Below are positions 1 to 11,035 of a stretch of DNA of 64,000 nt, one piece after another. Position numbers and translations under genes: made by a program. The stretch is taken from the NCBI GenBank assembly GCA_977020255.1, contig CDROCS010002398.1, forward strand, positions 310,001-374,000. Direction: 5' to 3'. Each line of letters begins with the position of its first letter. Position 1 is the stretch's first letter. This DNA comes from Obrimoposthia wandeli. Lineage: Eukaryota. Under the pieces are notes generated by a model. That model was not told the DNA's origin and did not search any database. It saw only the letters and a program-made list of their open reading frames with translations.

Positions 1-102
1 CAGAAGAAACTCGCAAACAAAGAAGAGAAAAGGAGCTTTTTCTACGAGAAGAGTTTTTTATTGTTTGTTGCTGGATGTTTCGTAATAAAATATTTTAAAT
101 AG
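1..102 (+). CDS. 3' end of small protein with hydrophobic C-terminal tail (partial)
   Basis: Frame 1 reads QKKLANKEEKRSFFYEKSFLLFVAGCFVIKYFK*; same position (just upstream of the ATPase) as the small C-terminally hydrophobic ORF of element B. Confidence 0.4.
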   Translation, partial: QKKLANKEEKRSFFYEKSFLLFVAGCFVIKYFK

Positions 103-145
103 TTTTGTCTAATAAACATTATTCCGATAATCTAATATTTTTAAT

Positions 146-796
146 ATGAACTTAAAAAATAATTCAGTTTTTCAGATTGTAGGTCCTAGTGGTAGTGGGA
201 AAACACACTTTGTATGTAAATTACTGCAAAATAATAAATACTTTAGTTTTAAGTTTAATAAAATATACTGGCATCAGGGAGGAGATGGAGAAGCTGGTTT
301 AACCAGTATAGAGTTTAAGAAAATCAAAAATATAAAAGTCATTAATGGATTCGATGATAATTGGTCTGAGCGATTACAACGACATGATGTTATTGTTATT
401 GATGATTTATATCAAGAAGCAAATAAAGAGAGTGATTTCAATAATTTATTCACTAAAATAGCACGACATCGGGAAGTAACTGTTATTTTCATCACACAAA
501 ATCTATTTCATCAAGGAGGGAACCATAGAACTCGTAATTTAAATGTACATTACCTTGTTCTCTTCAAGAATCCACGTGATCAGACGGTTGTTGATTTTGT
601 TTCAAGACAAGCTTACCCGAATAATAGAAAGTTTTTAATTGATTCATTTCAAGATGCAACTACTATTCCTCATGGATACATTTTTATTGATTTTACTCAA
701 GATTGTCCCGATGACTTTAGAGTTAGAACTGATGTATTCAATCCATCGGGAATAACCGTCTATAAACAAACAAAGAAACCAGTTTTGAGAAGATGA
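146..796 (+). CDS. A32/FtsK-like genome packaging ATPase
   Basis: Walker A GPSGSGKT, Walker B VIVIDD, ARH motif, ITQNLF and RTRNLNVHYLVLFKNPRD typical of Polinton ATPases; clear paralogue at 33870. Confidence 0.95.
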   Translation: MNLKNNSVFQIVGPSGSGKTHFVCKLLQNNKYFSFKFNKIYWHQGGDGEAGLTSIEFKKIKNIKVINGFDDNWSERLQRHDVIVIDDLYQEANKESDFNNLFTKIARHREVTVIFITQNLFHQGGNHRTRNLNVHYLVLFKNPRDQTVVDFVSRQAYPNNRKFLIDSFQDATTIPHGYIFIDFTQDCPDDFRVRTDVFNPSGITVYKQTKKPVLRR

Positions 797-1215
797 ATTT
801 TAAAAAGGAAACTGTTAAATCCGAAGTTAAAAAATTGATTAAATCAGTTTTAAGTGCAAGGAAAATGGTTGCTCAAAAATCAAAAAGAACTGTTGTTAAG
901 AAATCTAGGAGTATTGCCTATTTCAATTCTCTCATGCGTGCACCTGCTATTCGCCGCCCAGCTATTCTTAAATCATTCCCTACTTTTGTAATTGATGATT
1001 TACTTAATATGATACAGAAAATAGTTTCTGGTAAAATAATTGTCAAGGCTAACCGGAATCGGCATAAGAAACCTCTACTTGCTTTGTTTCATGCCAAAAC
1101 ACGAATCGGTAAACGTAAGTTGCTTTATAAACAAAGTGGTGGATTTTTAGGATTTCTCGTACCAATTATTAGCTCAATAGTTGGTGCACTTGCTAGTAGA
1201 CTAATAAACCGATGA
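793..1215 (+). CDS. Basic pVII-like core protein
   Basis: Lys/Arg-rich; ends in LYKQSGG-FLGFLVPIISSIVGAL (adenain-type GG site followed by a hydrophobic helix); paralogue at 34688. Confidence 0.75.
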   Translation: MNFKKETVKSEVKKLIKSVLSARKMVAQKSKRTVVKKSRSIAYFNSLMRAPAIRRPAILKSFPTFVIDDLLNMIQKIVSGKIIVKANRNRHKKPLLALFHAKTRIGKRKLLYKQSGGFLGFLVPIISSIVGALASRLINR

Positions 1216-1254
1216 TTATAAACATAAATTCGAATCAATAATATGAATTTATAT

Positions 1255-1420
1255 ATGGGATCACTTCCATCTATTCCTAAATTCAATTTAAAAATCAAAT
1301 CGTCTTGCTGCAATGGAGAAAATATGGTTCGATCCAAGTCATCCCGTTGGTTACACAGGGGTTTCAAAATTAGCAAAAGAGTCAAAGAAGACAAAGCAGG
1401 AAACTTAGGCATGGTTGGAA
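1255..1420 (+). CDS. Small putative N-myristoylated protein overlapping the integrase start (3' end blurred by frameshift)
   Basis: ATG 1255: MGSLPSIPKFNLKIKSSCCNG; paralogue MGASPSLPKLKFSFYSNCCNG at 35046. Confidence 0.55.
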
Positions 1421-2340
1421 ATCAATTAGCTTACAGCTTAAACAAACCAATGAGACGTCGGTTCCCAACGAGATCATACAAAACGAGCGTCCCGAATGAT
1501 TTATGGCAAGCAGATTTGATGGAAATGATTTCGTATGCGAGTATTAACAACGGATATCGATATATTTTAACTTGTGTTGATGTCTTTAGCAGATTCGCAC
1601 GAGCTATTCCATTAAAGTCTAAGTCTGGTACCGATGTTTTAGCCGCAATGAAGCTTTTGATTAAAGAAATAAAACCAAAAAATTTCCAAACGGATAGTGG
1701 AAAGGAGTTTTATAATAAACATGTTGAAACACTATTGAAAAAACATAATATTAATCATTACTCAGTATTTTCCCAATATAAAGCCGCTTTAGTTGAACGT
1801 TTTAATCGAACATTGAGAGATCGTTTGAAAAAGTATTTCACAAAGCAGGGAAATAAGTCCTGGGTTACTGTTTTACCTCAAATAATACATGCATACAATC
1901 ATAGTGAACACTCATCATTAGACCGAAAGAGACCCGTTGATGTTACAGATGAGAATGCTATGGAAATTTGGCAACGCCGTAACCAAAGTCAAGTTGCGCA
2001 GAAACCCAAGTATAAAGTTGGTGATTATCTACGTATTTCTCAAATTAGTACTACTCCTTTTATAAAGAATTTCAAAGAGAATTGGAGCGATGAAGTATTT
2101 CGTATAACTAAAATTGATAATAAACGTATGCCGGTAATGTATTTCATTGAGGATGAAACCAATAATGTAATCACGGGTAAATTTTATCATGAGGAATTAC
2201 AAGTCTTGCCTGAGAAACCAAATGTATATAGAATCCAAGAAATTTTAGAGACAAAAGGTAGAGGAAAGCATAAACAATATCATGTTAAGTGGCATGGATA
2301 TACTGAACCTAGTTGGATATTAGCTTCTCAAATAGAATGA
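1313..2340 (+). pseudogene. Retroviral-like (rve/c-INT) integrase with C-terminal chromodomain-like region
   Basis: True start MEKIWFDP at 1313 (matches element B), then an in-frame TAG and a -1 frameshift near 1420; WQADL, CVDVFSR, QTDSGKEF, VERFNRTL motifs; C-terminal YHVKWHGY. Confidence 0.93.
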
Positions 2341-3301
2341 ACTCAATGTATGTTGTATTACCAAGTAATGGTTCGCCATTAACTCAGCCGAATAATACTG
2401 CTAATAGTTTTAGTATTGATTATCAAAGCTCAATCAATTTACCTGGTGGTTGGGAAGCTGCTATTACGGAATTTTCTTTCAATTACTCTCTCTATCTATT
2501 CAAAGTGAAACTGAGATTGAATATATTACTCAACAAGAAACTGATAAAGTAACTGATGTGACTTTACTATTTGATAAGGGTCAAATGGATTTGGCTCGTA
2601 TTAAGGCTGGCGATGATTTCACAATCTTTTTAAATAAAGAGAATCGAATTCAAATTATGGGAAAAGGAGATAATTTTGAAAAAGTTTTTAATGATGAAAT
2701 TGTTGCAGAACAATATGGATTTCTGACTAAAGTTGAAAAAGGTAAGCATGCAGTTTCACAAATTATGGATAATCATGTCAAGTATCCGATAATTACATTC
2801 AAGATAAAAAACAGATTCGTTAAACGCGAGAGGAAAATATATTCAGTTCCCAATGATTTTCTTTTTGCCGATATCAAAAGCATGTGTAAACATTTTAAAA
2901 TAGTGTTACCAAATGTATTTGAAAACTTTAAACTAGTTAATAAATTGATTCATTTCAAATTGAAATCTAATATTGATAAAGTTATCATGGATAAATCATT
3001 AGCCTCAATTATCAGTTTTGATGAAAATGAATTTGAAAATAAAAATGAGGTTTTCAAAGCAAAGATTATTCCTAAAATGACTAATGCATATAATCAGATT
3101 TATATCTACACGAGTATTACCGAACCAATATTCGTAGGAGGAAGGAAACTTCCCTTAATTAAAGAAATTTGGGTTCAACAGGAAAAGCACAAGTATGGTG
3201 ATGTTATACATATTCCAATTGAAAATCCAATGTATATTCCTGTGAGTTCTTCTTCTATAAACAATATTGAAGTTAATATACAAATGAATCTGGAAGATTA
3301 A
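2337..3301 (+). pseudogene. Minor capsid protein (penton), frameshifted near 2490
   Basis: Starts MNSMYVVLPSN (ATGA overlap with the integrase stop), WEAAITE motif, C-terminal IYIYTSITEP...LPLI...MYIPVSSSSINNIEVNI; frame change inside a CT run. Confidence 0.88.
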
Positions 3302-3354
3302 TTACATTTGCTTACAGAGCTAAAAACAAGTTTAACGGTTCATTTTCATAAATT

Positions 3355-3690
3355 ATGATTGATTCAAGTATAATAGATGCGTATAGTAAACCCATACAAG
3401 GAGGTGATTTGCCTTATTTTGTGGGAAAACAGAATGGATCAGGATGCATGAAGGTTTTTGGTCGTTTTGCTTTCCCAATACTTAAGCGACTCGGGAAATT
3501 TATTGCTAATGTTGGATCAAAATACTTGTCTGGTGATGAGAAATTTCTTCCCACACTAAAGGATGCAGCCTTGGATCAGGTGAATGAAATTTCTCCAAGT
3601 CTAGCTGAATTTTTGAAAAAGAAAACTCAAAAGGGAAGTGGTTATAAACGTAAGAAAACATCTAAAGCATCGGGTATAAAAAACGTTTGA
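3355..3690 (+). CDS. pX-like small virion protein
   Basis: IQGG-DLPYFVGKQNGSG-CMKVFGRFAFPILKRLGKF: G-x-G/GG cleavage-like sites followed by an amphipathic helix, basic C-terminus; paralogue at 37164. Confidence 0.75.
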   Translation: MIDSSIIDAYSKPIQGGDLPYFVGKQNGSGCMKVFGRFAFPILKRLGKFIANVGSKYLSGDEKFLPTLKDAALDQVNEISPSLAEFLKKKTQKGSGYKRKKTSKASGIKNV

Positions 3691-3715
3691 AACTAGGTGG
3701 AACAATTTTTAAGTA

Positions 3716-4952
3716 ATGAGTTGTGCTAAAACTGAATTGTGTATATTCGATAAATCTATACCTCAGGATGTGGTTGATAGTGCTAGTTTTGAAGAAATAT
3801 TTCCGACAAATACGGTTAACGGGACATCTTCTCCGGATTTAGAATTCAATATTAATGGATCCAATACTCAATATCTTGATTTGAATGATAGTTTATTTCT
3901 CGTTAAATTGAAAGTTACAAAGGAAGGTGGAGGTGATTTGGATGATGGTATGGATATCAAATCAGCTAATTACATGTTGCATACTCTTTTCAAGGATGTG
4001 ATTCTCAGTCTCAATAATGTGAAAGTTGAGGGAAATAATACTAGTTACACCCATAAAGCAATGATTGAAACATTGTTGAATTTTGGTAATGATACGAAAT
4101 TGATTAATCTTGATGCAATTGGGTTTGACAATGATGAAAAAAGAAGAATTGCTTCGATTGCAAAGTCTAAAGTATTGTCACTTTGTGGGAGTCTCCATTT
4201 GGATTTCTTTAAGCAACCAAAGTATCTTTTACCCGGTGTAAGTGCACATATTCGAATGAAGAGAAATCCAGTAGGTTTTAGTGTTGTTTGCGCTGATACT
4301 ATTAAAACCGCAATTGAGATTACGGAAGCAAAACTGTTGGTTCGACGAGTAAAGGTGGAACCATCTGTACTCGTTGCACATCGAATGGGGTTGGTGAAGC
4401 AAAATGCATGTTATCCTATTAGAAAAAATAATCTTGTTTCTCACGCTATCCCTACGGGAGCACTATCTTATTACAAGGATCAGATTTTTGGTGATATGCA
4501 ACTTCCAAACTTTGTTTTAATTGCTTTTCAAAACACGTCTATCTATGGAGGTGAGTCTAAAAATGAGGTTTCTCAATTTGGACACATGAATGTGAGTTCA
4601 ATTAAACTTGCACGAAATATTGATTATCAAGAATCTTATACGAATGACTTTGAAAACGATGATTATGTGTTTTCTTATGTGCAATCTTTAATTAGAAATC
4701 TTGGTCATTTGGATAAGGATGCTAATATTGGAATTTCAATGACTGATTTCAAGGACAAGTATACACTGTTCACATTTGTTCTCTCTCCTGATTTCGATAT
4801 TAATCAAGCTCAAATCCCTAAACAGGGAAATTTGAAATTTGAAAGTAGAAATCAAGTTTTCAAAAGCACTTGAACACCCTACTAATATTATAATCTATGG
4901 AGTATTCGATTCTGAGGTTCAAATTACCAAGGGAGAAACAGTGCTAGTATAA
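3716..4952 (+). pseudogene. Major capsid protein (hexon-like double jelly roll), C-terminal frameshift
   Basis: MSCAKTELCIFD start, LEFNING..YLDLNDS, QPKYLLPGV, VLSPDF motifs; a TTTGAAA duplication near 4840 shifts the frame, and the true end ...IYGVFDSEVQITKGETVLV* (4952) matches the other two copies. Confidence 0.92.
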
Positions 4953-4983
4953 ACAGAATGAAAACAATAAAGAAGATATATAA

Positions 4984-5361
4984 ATGAAGTAAGTCAGTTT
5001 GAATTTATTAATTAATATATATTCTAGTTCGGACGAGATAACAAAAAGCGGAAGAAAACTACTCGGTTCGCGTTTCAATGGAGTCTACAGCCTTGATCAC
5101 ATCCCCTCTTTGACTCGACTAGGTGGATATGTAATCAATACACATTCATCTAATTTGCGTGGTGAACATTGGATTGCAATACATGTTAAAGAAAATGAAA
5201 TCTTTGTTTTTGACCCCTTTGGGATATATTACCCTTCTAAATTAGTATCTACAGTACTTGATTCTGGAAAGAAAGTACATTTTAGTAAGAAACATTATCA
5301 AAATGTTTTAACACAGTCATGTGGACAACTCTGTCTGCTTTGGTTAAAGCATAAACAATAG
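4984..5361 (+). CDS. Adenain-like cysteine protease, 2 exons (intron 4989-5027)
   Basis: GEHWIAI (His), FDPFG (Asp), YQ...QSCGQLC (Gln/Cys); ATGAA|GTAAGT...TTCTAG|TTCG splices to MNSDEITK in frame. Confidence 0.9.
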
Positions 5362-5397
5362 ATATAAACAATATCAAATAAAATTATTGCTATAAAA

Positions 5398-5907
5398 ATG
5401 TCTGTTTATTTTATTGATTTTGAAGCTTTTATTGATAATAATACTGAATTTGTAATAAAAGAACTATGTATAATGGATGTGGATGCAATCTTCTATCCTA
5501 GACATTATGTTTTTAAAATGCAACCCATATGGGACATGATGAATAGAAAATCAAGAAAAATAAATAGATATCTCATTAAGCATTACCATCGACTAAAACT
5601 AGTTGATGGTAATAGTTATTTCAAGATACAAGAAATAACTGAGGAAATAAAACGTTGTTGTGATGTATCCAAATCAATTTTCTATGTTTTGGATGAAAAT
5701 AATGAAGCTAAAATAAAGACAATCAATAAATATTTTCCTGAATTTAGAGTGATAAATTACTCGAAAACATTAAAACAATTAAATCCATCAAATATCAATT
5801 GTCCATATATTAAACATGGCGAGCATTGTGCATACAAGAAATGCTTTGCAGCTAGTTTGAATTATTTAAATATTAATGAAAATTCAACTACTCACATCTG
5901 TCAGTAA
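5398..5907 (+). CDS. DEDD-like 3'-5' exonuclease-type protein
   Basis: N-terminal YFIDFEAF...IKELCIMD (DxE), C-terminal CPYIKHGEHCAYKKC; paralogue at 43659-44146. Confidence 0.6.
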   Translation: MSVYFIDFEAFIDNNTEFVIKELCIMDVDAIFYPRHYVFKMQPIWDMMNRKSRKINRYLIKHYHRLKLVDGNSYFKIQEITEEIKRCCDVSKSIFYVLDENNEAKIKTINKYFPEFRVINYSKTLKQLNPSNINCPYIKHGEHCAYKKCFAASLNYLNINENSTTHICQ

Positions 5908-5957
5908 ACTATTATGTTTTAAATTAATCTGGTTGGTTTAAATAATGAATGAATCTG

Positions 5958-5991
5958 ATTGGCTTAATACTAGCTCGAAAATAGTATATAA
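5958..5991 (+). promoter_or_regulatory. CCAAT (ATTGG) and TATA box upstream of pPolB
   Basis: ATTGG at 5958-5962 and TATATAA at 5985-5991, about 50 nt before the ATG at 6039. Confidence 0.5.
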
Positions 5992-6038
5992 GCAAGCATC
6001 AATCAACAAATAATCCCCTATTATAAACGAAATTGAAA

Positions 6039-8827
6039 ATGGTAAGTTTATTGTTATTTTTCTGCTAATTTATTTCTTTCTAGAATTGCAATATGAACAA
6101 AGAATTATGCTTCGAGGAGAGTCACAAGGAATGTGACGGAAAAATGAAGAGCTACTTTGGACAGAAGTTCAACGGACAACAATTCTACGTATGTCCAGTA
6201 TGTCTCTCCGCGGAGGAGATTGATTGGTCGGAGTTTGTGGCGCGTCATCGTGTCCATCTTCGTCATTTCCAGCAACGTAGCAAGAAGGCCATCTTTCAGA
6301 ATAGATCTGCTACTATTTCTCGGGTTGCTGGTCCAGTTGTTGCTGCTTCGCCAATTGCTGCCCCTATTGCTGCTGTTCCAGTTACTAGTCCAGTTGCTTC
6401 GCCACCATCTGTTGTATCAATGGTTCCAGTTATGCCTCCTCCAGTTGGTATGATCCCCGCGCCGTTACCAGCATCTACCCGCAAGAGAAGTGTTATGCCC
6501 ACTTCAGGTAGCTCTGTTGCGAAGTTTTCCAGGGTTGATGCTGTTAAGCGTAAGACTAGTCTTCGGGGCACGATTGAGACATTGTCATTAGATGTTTCTA
6601 ATGACAATCTCATCAATTTACAAGTTCCTGTATCCCTTTTGACTAGCTTAAGGGACACAGTCAGCAAGTTTGCGACTTGCAAGGTTCAATTCGGGGTGCG
6701 TGTTGAATTTTCCAATATTGGAGAAACACGCGCTTGGAATTTTTCCAATAGAGGGCTCCCCATAGATGAGGGGTTTATAGATGCGAGAGTAGATGGAATC
6801 AACAAGAAGATTGAGAATTATTCCCAAAGTAGCAGTAATTGGGTAGTGAACCGCTTCCTGGAGATTTCGTTTGTTGTGACTAAAACAACAACAATGAACT
6901 ATATCCAGGGAAGTAGTTATATACCTACTCCATCTGAGTTAGCACTCTCACATTGCATTATCAATGTGCAGAACTCAAACACTTTTTGCTTCCTTTACAG
7001 TATCTTATCTGTACTTTTCCGCGAAGTATTTCGCTCTAATCCTCATCGGGTTAATCAATATGATGCCTTTTTGAGTCAATTAGTTTTTGATGAGAATGAG
7101 ATGCCGATGCGTCTATGTAATATACCGCGATTTGAGAGAAAGAATCCATCTCTTTCAATCAACGTATTTACATTCAATGGGTTCTCTAATGTGCAAACAG
7201 ATGGAGATATCTTCAAAAATCCCTATGTGGATGTCATTTACAGAACCACAAACCCGGACGCTAAGCCAATCAATCTTCTCCTTTTAGAAAATAATGATAA
7301 TTTTCATTATGTCGGTATTCCTAAACTCAATAGGCTGCTTAATTATAGGAACAGATGTGTATCTAATCGCATCCAGTGTACTTGGTGCCATAAGTGTTTT
7401 CATAGCTTCCGGAGACCAATAAGTTACGCCAAACACGTTCCACTCTGTAGGATGAATTTAGATCATACAACGCTTTATTCAATGCCTACAGAGAAGCATA
7501 TTGAGTTTAAGGACTTTTCAAAAACGATTTCTCCGCCTTTTGCTGTTTACGCAGACTTTGAGGCTGTGCTACCGCCGCATGGAATCCACCATCAGATTCA
7601 GCTTCCAATCTCGGCCGGTATGCTCATGTCTCCCGTTGCAGCCACGAGAGGGTATACACATGATTACTCGGTCTTTACCGGAGAATCTTGTGTGGTATCC
7701 TTTTTGCAGAAATTAGAGGACTTGGCGAAAGAGGTTGTACTCCCATGGTACAAGAAGCATGCGATCGAGGTGATGCGATAACTCACACAGGAACAGGTAT
7801 CGAGTTTCAATGCAGCAAGAATCTGTTATCTGTGTAAGAAGAAACTCGCAAACAAAGTTCGAGATCACGATCACATGACTGGCGAATACCTGGGAGCAGC
7901 GCATACGAAATGCAACTTATCAAGGAGAATCAATCGATCTTTTCCCGTCATTTTTCACAATCTTATGGATTATGACATGCACCACATATTGAAGCACGCA
8001 CTATGCAAGTTTCCCGACTGGAATGTATCTGTTATACCTCAATCAACAGAGAAATTCCAGGCTATGATGGTGTATATTGGAGGAGTCTGTATATGTTTCA
8101 TCGATTCCCTTCAATTTTTGAACAGCGGACTTGAAAAACTTGTGGAAAACCTGGGTGTGACTCCTCTTACACATTCGGTCTTCCCGCAACATCTGGTGAG
8201 CGCCAAGGGAATCTTCCCATACGATATGGCAGTATCAGAGACTGCTCTTCGTGCAATCACCAGCTTACCGCCAAAGTGGGATGAGAAGATCAAGCCAGCA
8301 CAATATGAAATGGCGAAGATGGTCTGGACTCAGAGCGGCTGCTCATCGCTCTGGGACTATATGCTGGTCTATATGAAGATGGACGTCTACCTTCTAGCAG
8401 ACGTGTTTACAGCATTCCGGACCAAGGCCATTGCTGACGATGGATTGGAGCCACTCAATTTCTTATCCATCCCTGGTTTGTATTTTACTAATTTTTTCTA
8501 ATTTTAGACACTAACACATATATATATATATATACATGTATAAGAATAAATGTAGTACTTGTTACTATTGATTACATAAAGATGCAGGTTTTTGCAATAT
8601 AGATGCAGCACGTCTTTGTAAGTATTGATGATTGTCTTTGTTAGACACACGTGACTATCTTTGTAGGTATTGATTACTGTCTTTGTTAGACACACACGTG
8701 ACTGTCTTTGTTAGATACTCATATATATATATATATATACATGTATAAGAATAAATGTTACTATTGATTACATAAAGATGCAAGTATTTGCAATATAGAT
8801 GCAGTACGTGACTGTCTTTGTTAGATA

Positions 8828-8876
<49 letters not shown>

Positions 8877-10416
8877 AAGAATAAATGTTACTATTGATTA
8901 CATAAATATGCAAGTATTTGCAATATAGATGCGTGACCGTCTTTGTTAGATAGATGATTTTCAAAGTAATGATTTTCACAATGATTTTAATAAATGATTT
9001 TATTTCCAGGACTGACTTTCGCGAGTGCTTTCAAATCCCTGCTTCGTCCGGCTTCTTCTTCTGCTCCCGTTGTGCGAGTCGAGCTAATACAGGATCCAGA
9101 AATGTACCGACTCTTCCGGTTTGGGATTCGCGGGGGTATGATTTTTTGTTAATGAACACCGCGTTGACGCCATCAATGGTACAGAACTTTTGTACATTTA
9201 TGTAAATAATTTGTACGGGTGGGCTATGTCCCAGTTTTTACCTTGTGGTAACTTTTCCTGGGTGACTGATCGGTTAGAGTTGGGGAATATTATTTCCAGC
9301 TTAAAATCAGTAGATTTATCCTGTAGTCGCTTCGCTCATTTATTGGAAATAGATTTATCCATTCCCTTTGAGCTTCATAATAAATTCGACGATCTTCTCC
9401 TTGCTCCCATTAAACAGCGTCCACCAGGGTGTAAGACTGAAAAATTGTTATTAACGCATTACCCTAAGAAACATTATGTTGTGCATTCTAGATTGCTACA
9501 AATGTACGTTAGACTTGGTGCTAAGGTAGATTTTGTATATAGAGCAATACAGTTTGAACAAACTAATGTTTTTTCAAAATATATTGAGGATAATTCTCTC
9601 AAAAGAGCTGCGGCTACAACAGATTTCGAGCGGGATTATTATAAACTGAAGGTGAATTATTTATTTGGAAAACTCATTGAGAATCTGATGAAAAGAATTA
9701 ACATCCTGATTTGTAATACTCCACAGAAGCTGGTTACCTATTGCAGTAAAGCCCACTTTCGTAGGACAATCGAAATCGATACGGACCTTATTGTAGTTTT
9801 ACTGGATAAGGAAAATATTGTTTTGGATCGTCCTAGTTACATGGGCCAGGCGGTATTAGATTTAAGCAAACTTCGTATGTATGAGCTACAATATGAGCAG
9901 TTGGAGAAATATCGAGTTCAATTTAACTGCGACATTAGAATTATAGCGGGTGACACTGATAGCTTTTTCTTGGAGTGTAATAATGTCAATGTTCAAGAAT
10001 CACTGTTACCTGCTATGATTGCTGATGGAATGTTGGATACCTCGAAATTTCCAAAAACCAATCCGCTTTATACGACGCTTAATACAGCGATAGGAAAATT
10101 TAAAGATGAGAGTAAGGGATTATTTAGTTATAGGCAAGAGATTTTTCTACGACCAAAATCATATAGCCTAGAGACTACAGAAGGTGAATCTCAGATGAGA
10201 GCGAAAGGTATTAGGCACTCTAATTACTTAGCCGTATATGAGAGTGGCGTTAGCGAGCGTGTACAACAACAACGTATAAGCTCGCTAAATCATCAACTTT
10301 TTACTGTAAGGTTAAGTAAAATTGCCTTAAGTAGTAGTGATGATAAGCGCAAGTGGGTGGAGAAAAACCGTTCAGTCGCCTATGGTCACTTTTTATACCC
10401 GGACGAGGTTGTATAA
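6039..10416 (+). pseudogene. polB: Protein-primed family B DNA polymerase with endonuclease VII-like insertion; introns 6042-6083 and 8476-9009
   Basis: AVYADFEA (ExoI), CYLC..DHDHMTG..CN (endo VII-like), FHNLMDYD, KLKVNYLFGK (motif B), GDTDS (motif C), GKFKDE, LRPKSY; in-frame TAA at 7779-7781; +1 frameshift in the T-run 9142-9147; motif A reads YIYVNNLY (Asp replaced by Tyr). Confidence 0.95.
8476..9009 (+). other. 534-nt GT-AG intron in pPolB with (TA)n tracts and internal tandem repeats
   Basis: CCTG|GTTTGT ... ATTTCCAG|GACTGACT splices to SIPG-LTFASAFK...ELIQDPEMYRLFRFGIRGG, which continues the pPolB sequence in frame. Confidence 0.85.
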
Positions 10417-10437
10417 ACTTTTTATATGTGTTGTACA

Positions 10438-10960
10438 TATTTTTATTCTCCTTTGTGATTTTAAGGAATATATGTGTTTGAAAGACTTGTCTTTATTTTA
10501 AAATTATTTACATAAATTTGCAGGTTTTTGCAATATAGATGCAGTACGTGACTGTCTTTGTTATTTGTTATTTTTATTCTCCTTTGTGATTTTAAGGAAT
10601 ATATGTGTTTGAAAGACTTGTCTTTATTTTAAAATTATTTACATAAATTTGCAGGTTTTTGCAATATAGATGCAGTACGTGACTGTCTTTGTTAGATAGA
10701 TATAGGAACGTTTAAACATGATTATCAAATTATATAATACTTTATTTTATAAGTAGATAGTTTAATTTAGTTTAAATAAATTTATCAAATTATATAATAC
10801 TTTATTTTATAAGTAGATAGTTTAATTTAAATTATAAAACACACACACACACACACTAAATGTATTTTATAAATTTATCAAATTATATAATACTTTATTT
10901 TATAAGTAGATAGTTTAATTTAAATTATAAAACACACACACACACACTAAATGTATTTTA
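10438..10960. repeat. Tandem/direct repeats downstream of pPolB
   Basis: A ~130-bp unit duplicated (about 10438-10697), plus a TTATCAAATTATATAATACTTTATTTTATAAGTAGATAGTTTAATTT unit three times and (AC)n tracts. Confidence 0.85.
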
Positions 10961-11035
10961 TTGAATTGGTGTTAATACAGTCTTTAGATAAAAGATATAT
11001 AGATTTAAAGAATGTTACTAAAAATAGAATCTTTT

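Noticed and set aside
2-22. Exact 21-bp match to 7837-7857 inside polB (AGAAGAAACTCGCAAACAAAG)
   Set aside because: It is at the window edge, A-rich and has no extended similarity; it cannot be distinguished from chance without upstream sequence.
1243-2340. 365-aa integrase with a novel N-terminal extension as given in the ORF track
   Set aside because: Comparison with element B shows the true start at 1313; the extension comes from a 1-nt deletion fusing the overlapping MG..CC frame.
6157-6682. Alternative-frame and antisense ORFs over the polB N-terminus (and similar ones at 4229, 33556, 34714, 45446-45758)
   Set aside because: Shadows of real genes in low-complexity or stop-poor sequence, with no independent motifs.
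7820-7920. Endonuclease VII-like Zn domain inside pPolB as a novelty
   Set aside because: A recognised feature of many Polinton PolBs and present in both copies; recorded as a feature only.
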